Made by a program: the position numbers and the translations under genes. The notes under the pieces were generated by a model, which saw nothing but the letters and a program-made list of their open reading frames with translations, was not told where the DNA came from and did not search any database. Source: Eledone cirrhosa (lineage: Eukaryota). From it: DNA of 64,000 nucleotides. Positions 55,697-64,000 of the stretch are shown piece by piece; within the stretch, counting starts at the first letter, position 1; each line of letters begins with the position of its first letter. The DNA is taken from positions 19,592,001-19,656,000 of the forward strand of contig OZ024753.1 in NCBI GenBank assembly GCA_964016885.1, given 5' to 3'.

Positions 55697-56271
55697 TCTA
55701 TCTCATAACTATAATAAAGAAAGGAGTGCGGTACTGCGTCCTGAGTATATTTTTTTTATCCCTTTAGGAAAATAAGTTGGATTACTTTGAATAAATAATG
55801 AATATTATATAATTTATCTACTAACTGTTGTAACTGTTGATTAAACATAAATATTCTTATATATAATGATTGCTTATTTTAAGATTCACTTCTTTTAGAA
55901 TTTTCAAATGTCAATACTTCCGGTTATGATATACGGATGCTATATCATAGATCGCTTATATAAACATTCATATATTTCCATCGTTATATCATAACGTTTA
56001 TATTTCTGTCGCTAATTTTCTCCTTTTTCGTTTTCATAACATTTCACCGTAATACCGTTTATATATAATATCGTCTTTTTTAAATGTATCATGGATTACT
56101 TTACTGATTACAGAAGAGAGTGTAACACAGTCTCTCTTCAATTTCTGTGAATATTGTCAATTACCATTTTATTTGATGTATCATATCTACATGCATGTAT
56201 ATTTGCATATACTATGCACATTACACAAGCTTGGAGAAAACCACCCAAAGGGTGGGGGTCGTTAATGCTAG
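55697..56271 (+). mobile_element. Non-autonomous Helitron
   Basis: A|TCTATCTCATAACTATAATAAAG start; ccaccc-aaa-gggtgg hairpin 12 nt before CTAG|T. Confidence 0.65.
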
Positions 56272-57691
56272 TCTATATAATATAAGGAATATAAGATGTA
56301 TCAATTAATAAATGTATTGGTAATTTCTCAAAAGTAATTAATTTCTATAAATAAGTATTTAGAATTCATGAAACTATAAAAGTGAGGAAAAAAGGGGGGT
56401 GGGGGGTGGCTGAGATTAAGAAGTAGCCAAAGAAAGAGGGAAGGGGAGAGAGCATATAATACATTCTGTAGCTTTATCTCTGGCCTTTCTCCGGGGTTAC
56501 GGCGGAGTTCCGCTGCGCCACCTGTCAGACGGGTGTGTGGTTCCTGTCTCTTTTCCCTCTCATTTTCTTTTGTTGCCTGATCCTTCTTTCTTTTTCTTAT
56601 TTTCAATTACTTTTCCCCACTACAATCTGGAAACAATATTTGTCGTTGGTTATTTAATGTATTCTAGATTCATTTATTCATGAAGATTAGAGCTTGAATT
56701 ATTTTAAACACACTATAGAAAAATGTTGTGATAGAAACTGCATCATGGCTGAAAATACAATTCTATGCAATTTAGCAATAAATGTGACTGGCGTATTTAA
56801 CATATTTTATTATCTTCAGAAAAGTTTAAATCTCTCGATGCCGCGTGGAGAGTAAAAGCTTTCACACATCTGATGTTCTCAGATAAATTATATGACGTAA
56901 GAGAAACCAATGGACGTCTAAATCCAGGAACGTCTCATTGCTTTCAGTATCTTTCTATCTTTCTATCTCCTCTAACTTCCACTCTCCTTCTATGAAAGAT
57001 TGATTGAATAGTGAACTTCCTAAGAAATTGTCATTTGATTTTCAGGAGTTAATACTGAGTAACATCACTGTGCAAGTAAGAAGTCTTACCGGATTATGGA
57101 TATCAACTTGAAATTAACTTCAGCAATCTCTCCGGGGGGCGTCCGGTCGGAATAAATATTATTGTTATGACTCTCTCTCTCTCTCTCTCTACAAATATAT
57201 CACTATCCTTCTCTCTAATGCTGTATCAATCTTTCTCTCTATCAGTCTCAATTTACTACTCACTCTCTCTCCCTCTCTCTCCATCTCCACACTCTCTCTC
57301 TCCCCCTCTCTTCCCCCCTCTATCTCTATCCCACTCTCTCTCCTTTTCTCTCTCCGCCAACCAAAGAAACATGTTTATCTGAATAATATGGCCGATCCCT
57401 TCCTTCATAACAGAGTAGATGTCAATTTCTGTCGGACCTTATGTCTTATCAAAACAAGACATTACACTACGTAGTACATTGTATAGTGAAGTCCTTGTCT
57501 TATTGTCTCAACAAAGTGTGAACTTATCATCTATTTATTTCCAGGTTTACATTTCAAGACCAACTATATGAATTCTAACAGTTGAAACAGAACCAATTCC
57601 AGGTAATTTATTTAACCAATCTTTATTCACATTTAAAAAAAAAAAACTTATTTATTTTTCTGTTTATGTGAATTAAACTCACATATATTTA

Positions 57692-58409
57692 CCGTATATG
57701 CCGGCGTACAAGTCGACATTTCGAGCCTAAAAATATATCTCCAAATCCAGGGGTCAACTTGTCCGCCGAATATAACTTTTCAACCTTTATTACTGAGGGG
57801 TAACAGTGCCTAACACTCGTTGTTCACCACTTACCATCACTCTAGCAGCCCACCACAGTTATTTCCTACTGAATCTCGTATCTGTTAAGTCTATTTAACG
57901 TAGTTTATAATAATATCCATGGCTTACCATAATTAACAGAGTAGGTTACCATAGGGTAGGTTACCATAGGGTAGGTTACCATAGGGTACATTTCCATAGG
58001 ACACATTTCCATAGGGTAGGTTACCATAGCGTAGGTTACCACGGTATGTTACCATAGGGTAGATTACCATAGTTTGGTTACCATCCGGTATGTTACCATA
58101 GGGTAGGTTACCACAGGGTAGACTACCATAGTTTGGTTACCATCCGTATGTTACCATAGGGTAGGTTACCATAAGGTAGGTTACCACAGGGTAGGTTACC
58201 ATAGGGTAGGATACCATAGGATAGGTTACCACAGGGTAGTTAATATAGGGTCGGTTACCATAGATTGGTTTACTCAGTGAGTTACAACTCACTTGCGACT
58301 GAAGTCTTTTAGAAGTATTTTAGCCTTTAGCACGCCACTAATCTTTTTGAATTATTTCTCCTGCAACTGCCTTATTTTTTGGGGTTGTCTTATCCGGTGA
58401 ATTTTACGG
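57692..58409. mobile_element. pogo/Tigger-like MITE remnant containing a 15-bp tandem array
   Basis: TA|CCGTATATGCCGGCGTACAAGTCGAC left end, internal inverted ggtcaacttgtccgccg, right end gtcttatccggtgaattttACGG. Confidence 0.5.
57940..58263. repeat. 15-bp tandem repeat
   Basis: Unit GTTACCATAGGGTAG. Confidence 0.9.
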
Positions 58410-58542
58410 TTACTCTGACGTTATATAGTTTATCTGAGAACATCAGATGTGTGAAAGCTTTTCATCTCCACGCGGCATCGAGAGATTTAAACTTTTCAGA
58501 AGATAATAAAATATGTTAAATACGCCAGTCACATTTATTGCA

Positions 58543-59088
58543 TAAAATAAAGTACCAGTAATGCACTGGATAATTGCTGGCCTGGTGCCAAAAGTAGAAA
58601 CAATTATATTTCTACTACAGTATCGGTAGAGGGTCGGGCCCCATGCTTTGACGCATAGAGTTACGGCCCTTGCCATTCTGAGTTCAAATCCCGCCGAGGT
58701 TAACTTTGCCTTTCACCCTTACGGGGTCGATAAAATAAAGTACCAGTAATGTACTGGTTATTGCTGGCCTTGTGCCAAAAAGTAGAAACAATTATATTTC
58801 TACTACACATTGTCAAGTTAGTTGTTTGTAAGTTTTTGAAATTAAATTTGTTTCGTTTATTTATAATTATGGTGTCTTTATTATTGAGGTAGAAATGGTG
58901 GTGGGTTGGTAGTATCGCTAGGTGGTCGGACGCCATGCGTTGCGGCATATAGTTACGGCCCTTTATGGTCTCAGTTCAAATCCCACCGAGGTTAATTTTG
59001 CCTTTCATCATTACGGGGTCGATAAAATAAAGTACCAGTAATGTACTGTGTAATTGCTTGCCTTGTGCCAAACGTATAAACAATTATT
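58543..59088 (+). mobile_element. SINE-A cluster: permuted tandem 58543-58806 and full copy 58897-59088
   Basis: A 3' half followed by a near-full copy, both ending caattatatttctactaca. Confidence 0.85.
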
Positions 59089-59287
59089 GAGGTAGAAATA
59101 CAAACATATTTCTATCGCACGCAACGATAAACGTAGCTGAGAGATGGGACTTGAAGGGCTGGGAATATAGAAGGGGCTGGGATGCTATAAAACAGACCAA
59201 TCGTAGCAACTTTACCGTCTTTAAGGGTCTTCACCTTATTTTATAATCTTATAGCATCTCTGCGCATGAGCACGTCTCCCTTTACCT

Positions 59288-62200
59288 GTGGTGGTGATGG
59301 TGTCGGGGGTGGAAGTCGTGTTTATGTTGGAGTGTTGTATAGTACATAATGGTGGTGGTGGTGTTGGTGGTGGTGGAGTGTTTTATAGTGCATGGCGGTG
59401 GTGTTGGTGGTGGTGGAGTGTTGTATAATGCATGGTGGTGGTGGTGGTGTTGGTGGTGGTGGAGTGTTGTATAGTGTGTGGTGGTGGTGGTGTGTTGTAT
59501 AGTGTGTGGTGGTGGTGGTGGTATATTGTATAGTGTGTGGTGGTGGTGGTGGAGTGTTGTATACTGCATGGTGGTGGTGTTGGAGTGCCAGTATAGTGTG
59601 TGGTGGTGGTGGCGGTGTGTTGCATAGTGTGTGGTGGTGATGGTGGAGTGTTGTATAGTGCATGGTGGTGGTGTTGGAGTGCTGTATAGTGTGTGGTGGT
59701 GGTGTTGGTGAGTATTATAGTGTGTGTGGTGGTGGTGGTGGTGTGTTGTGTAGTGTGTTGCGGTGGTGGCGTGTTGTATAGTGTGCGGTGGTGAAGGGGG
59801 TGTGTTGTATAGTGTGTGATATTGGTGGTGGTGTGTTGTATAGTGTGTGGTGGTGGTGGTGGTGTGTTGTATAATGTGTGGTGGTGGTGGCGGCGTGTTG
59901 TATAGTGTGTGGTGTTGGTGGTGGAGTGTTGTATAGTGTGTGGTGTTGGTGGTGGAGTGTTGTATAGTGTGTGGTGTTGGTGGTGGAGTGTTAAGTAGTG
60001 TGTTGTGGTGGTGGTATGTTGTATAGTGTGTGGTGGTGGTGGTGGTGGTGTGTTGTATAGTGTGTGGTGGTGGTAGTGGTGTGTTGTATAGTGTGTGGTG
60101 GTGGTGGTGGAGTGTTGTATAGTGTATGATGGTGGTGGTGGTGTGTTGTATAGTGTGTGGTGGTGGTGGTGGAGTGTTGTATAGGGTGTGGTGGTGGTGG
60201 TGGTGTGTTGTATAGTGTGTGGTGGTGGTGGTGGTGTGTTGTATAGTGTGTGGTGGTGGTGTGTTGTATAGTGTGTGGTGTCGGTGGTGGAGTGTTGTAT
60301 AGTGTGAGGTGTTGGTGGTGGAGAATTGTGTAGTGTGTCTGGTGGTGGTGGTGTGTTGTATAGTGTGTGGTGGTGGTGGCGGTGTGTTGTATAGTGTGTG
60401 GTGGTGGCAGTGTGTTGTATAGTGTGTGCGGTGGTGTTGGTGGTGGTGTGTTGTATAGTGTGTGGTGTTGGTGGTGGAGTGTTGTGTAGTGTGTGTTGGT
60501 GGTGGTGGTGTGTTGTATAGTGTGTGGTGGTGTTGTGTTGTATAGCATGTGATTGTGGTGGTGTATTGTATAGTGTGTTGTGGTGGTGGTTGTGGTGTGT
60601 TGTATAGTGTGTGGTGGTGGTGTTGGAGTGTTGTATAGTGTGTGCTGTTGGTGGTGGAGTGGTGTGTTGTATAGTGTGTGATGGTGGTGGTGGTGTGTTG
60701 CATAGTGTGTGGTGGTGGTGTGTTGTATAGTGTGTGGTGGTGGTGGTGGTATGTTGTATAGAGTGTGGTGGTGGTGGTGGTGTGTTGTATAGTGTGTGTT
60801 GTTGATGGTGAAGTGTTGTATAGTGTGTGGTGTTGGTGGTGGAGTATTGTGTAGTGTGTGGTGGTGGTGTGTTGTATTATGTGTGGTGGTGGTGGTGGTG
60901 GTGGTGTGTTGTATTATGTGTGGTGGTGGTGGTGGTGTGTTGTATAGTGTGTGGAGGTGTTGGTGTGTTGTATAGTGCGTGGTGGTCGTGTGTTGTATAG
61001 TGTGTGGTGGTAGTGGTGGTATATTGTATAGTGTGTGGTGGTGGTGGTGGTGGTGTGTTGTATAGTGTGTGGTGTTGGTGGTGGAGTGTTGTATAGTGTG
61101 TGGTGTTGGTGGTGGAGTGTTGTGCAGTCTGTGGTGGTGGTGGTGGTGTGTTGTATAGTGTGTGGTGGCGGTGGTGGTGGTGTGTTGTATAGTGTGTGGT
61201 GGTGGTGTGTTGTATAGTGTGTGGTGGTGGTGTGTTGTATAGGGTGTGGTGGTTGTGGTGTGTTGTATAGTGTGTGGTGGTGGTGGTGGTGGTGTGTTGT
61301 ATAGTGTGTGGTGGTGGTCGTGGTGGAGTGTTGTATAGTGTGTGGTGGTGATGGTGGTTGTGGAGTGTTGTATAGTGTGTGGTGGTGGTGGTAGTGGAGT
61401 GTTGTATAGTGTGTGGTGGTGATGGTGGTTGTGGAGTGTTGTATAGTGTATGGTGGTGGTGGTGGTGGTGGTGGAGTGTTGTATAGTGTGTGGTGGTGGT
61501 TGTGGTTGTGGTGTGTTGTATAATGCTGTATAGTGTGTGGTGGTGGTGGTGGTGGTGGTGGAGTGTCGAATAGTGTGTGGTGGTGATGGTGGTTCTGAAG
61601 TGTTGTATAGTGTGTGGTGGTGGTGGTGGGGGTTGTGGAGTGTTGTATAGTGTGTGGTGGTGGTGGGGGTTGTGGAGTGTTGTATAGTGTGTGGTGGTGG
61701 TGGTGGTTCTGGAGTGTTGTATAGTGTGTGGTGGTGGGGGTGGGGGTTGTGGAGTGTTGTATAGTATGTGGTGGTGGTGGTGGGGGTTGTGGAGTGTTGT
61801 ATAGTGTGTGGTGGTGGGGGTGGGGGTTGTGGAGTGTTGTATAGTATGTGGAGGTGGTGGTGGGGGTTGTGGAGTGTTGTATAGTGTGTGGTGGTGGCGG
61901 GGGTTGTGGAGTGTTGTATAGTGTGTGGTGGTGGTGGTGGTTCTGGAGTGTTGTATAGTGTGTGGTGGTGGGGGTGGGGGTTGTGGAGTGTTGTATAGTG
62001 TGTGGTGGTGGTGGTGGGGGTTGTGGAGTGTTGTATAGTGTGTGGTGGTGGTGGGGGTTGTGGAGTGTTGCATAGTGTGTGGTGGTGTTGGTTGTGGTGG
62101 AATGTTGAATAGTTTGTGGTGGTGGAGTTGGTGGTGGTGGAGTGTTGTATTGTAGGTGGTGGTGGTGGTGGTGGTGGTGGTGGTGGTGGTGGAGTGTTGT

Positions 62201-62551
62201 ATAGTGTGTGGTGGTGATGGTGGTGGAGGAGTGCTGTATAGTGTGTGGTGGTGGTGGTGGTTGTGGAGTGTTGTATAGTGTGTGGTGGTGGTGGTGGTGG
62301 TGGTGGTGGTGGTGGTGGTGGAGTGTTGTATAGTGTGTGGTGGTGATGGTGGTGGAGGAGTGCTGTATAGTGTGGGGTGGTAGTTGTGGTTGTGGTGTGT
62401 TGTATAGTGTCTGGTGGTGGTGGTGGTGGTGGTGGTGGTGGTGGTGGTGGTGGAGTGTTGTATAGTGTGGGGTGGTGGTTGTGGTTGTGGTGTGTTGTAT
62501 AGTGTGTGGTGGTGGTGGTAGTGGAGTGTTGTATAGTGTGTGGTGGTGGTG
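59288..62551. repeat. Compound minisatellite TGTTGTATAGTGTG(TGG)n
   Basis: Constant 14-nt core with a variable TGG run, about 100 units. Confidence 0.95.
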
Positions 62552-62571
62552 AACTACATCATATATATTAT

Positions 62572-62725
62572 ATTGGCAGTATCGGTATAAGGTCGGACAC
62601 CTTGCTTACGGCCCTTTATGATCTGAGGATTACTTTGCCTTTTATCTTGACAGAGTCGATAAAATAAAGTACCAGTAATACACTGGAGTTATTCCTAGCC
62701 CTGTGCCAAAAGTAGAAACAATTAT
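62572..62725 (+). mobile_element. SINE-A, internally deleted
   Basis: attggcagtatcggta ... gtagaaacaatt. Confidence 0.8.
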
Positions 62726-62949
62726 ATATATTATATATCGACAGATTTACAATAAATATCCTTTGTAGCATCCTATGGGACTGAAATCGAAAGCTTATGC
62801 ATGTTCACACACACACACACACATATATTATATATAAAAAAAAGCCTTCGTGAGCCCCTGTTTTCAAGTAAAAAGAAATTCAAACACTCATATATGAATA
62901 AACAACCTGTGACACCCCCCCCCCCCCCCTCTTATTTGAAGAACTATTG

Positions 62950-63282
62950 TAACGCGAACTGGCGCGAAATTTATTATAATTATTGACAAACCAATCAAAT
63001 TACTTCTCGAAAAACCTGGCATTTCGAGCCACTTTTTCCATATAAAACAAGTAACATTCAGAGACCACCCAGATGTGAGAAAAACCACAGACCCTCCATC
63101 TCAACTCACCTTTTCAAAAGCAGAAGAACTGCGAAACCGGTAAAGGAACCAAATAAATATATATATATTTTTTTTTTAAATAAGACTCCAGTTGCATTTT
63201 CGATTTCATCTCTTTTTCTTTATACTTTCACTCGTGTAGGACCCCTCGGTTATTTTTCAATTTTATAAAAAAAAACCTCACT
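62950..63282 (+). mobile_element. pLTR-like cassette related to 8560-8900; hammerhead-like motif 63109-63146
   Basis: cctt TTCAAAA gcag-aagaa-ctgc GAAA ccgg TA aagg; shared downstream gactccagttgcatttt...ctcgtgtagg. Confidence 0.6.
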
Positions 63283-63287
63283 TTCTA

Positions 63288-63289
<2 letters not shown>

Positions 63290-63329
<40 letters not shown>

Positions 63330-63882
63330 ACATATATACCTATATACGTACACACACACACACATAAATATATATGTGTGTGTGTATGTGTGTGTGTGTG
63401 TGTGTACATATATACCTATTTATCTACACACACACACACATATATATGTGTGTGTATGTGGTTGTGTGTGTACATATATACCTATATATGTACACCCAAA
63501 CCCATATGTGTGTGGGGATGTGTGTTTGTGTGTACATATATAACTATATATGTACACACACACACACATATATATATATGTGTCTGTGTGTGTGTGTGTG
63601 TGTACATATATACATATATATGTACACACATACACATATATGTGTGTGTGTACATATGTACCTATATATGTACACACACACATATGTATGTGTGTATGTG
63701 TGTGTGTGAATGTGTGTGTACATATGTACCTGTATATGTACACACACACACATATATGCGTGTGTATATGTGTGTGGGTGTGTGTTTGTGTGTACATATA
63801 TACCTATATATGTGCACACACACACACATATATGTGTATGGGTGTGTGTGTGTATGTGTGTACATATATACCTATATATACA
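63290..63882. repeat. Compound (TG)n/(CA)n/GTAC repeat
   Basis: Repeating gtacatatatacctatatatgtac-(AC)n-(AT)n-(GT)n. Confidence 0.9.
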
Positions 63883-64000
63883 TTAACAGCTGAAGAGACG
63901 GAGAGAAAGGTCTACGACAAACATTTGCGCTTTGTTCTATAACTAAATTAAGCCAAGATAATTCATTCAAGTATAACAAAAAATATCTTGAATAAAGAAA

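Noticed and set aside
58430-58466. Hammerhead-like CTGAGAA-catcagatg-tgt-GAAA-gctt
   Set aside because: Non-canonical core with no convincing stem I.
59282-62073. His/Thr/Pro-rich 473-aa and 398-aa ORFs
   Set aside because: Translations of the TGTTGTATAGTGTG(TGG)n minisatellite. Units shift frame freely and no splice context is evident.

Overview
AT-rich eukaryotic DNA, most likely a mollusc or cephalopod given the SINE types and microsatellite load; this is inference. No confident host protein-coding gene was found. The window is dominated by repeats: (TA)n, (CA)n and (TACA)n microsatellites, several minisatellites, two tRNA-derived SINE families, R4/Dong-like and RTE-like LINE remnants, non-autonomous Helitrons and mariner/pogo MITEs. 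Penelope-like retroelements (PLEs) are especially prominent. They include a near-intact Naiad-type copy with inverted pseudo-LTRs (13485-17770), a decayed Naiad copy (6640-8389) and a 5.7-kb palindrome made of two apparently identical 5'-truncated PLE copies (31936-37657). The most striking signal is about 20 minimal type-I hammerhead-ribozyme-like motifs, several with non-canonical cores. Most lie in short non-coding cassettes inserted into (TA)n tracts. Many of these cassettes are fold-back hairpins with one longer arm, and one is a ~500-bp tandem retrozyme-like unit. All ribozyme folds were read by eye and have not been computed or tested.
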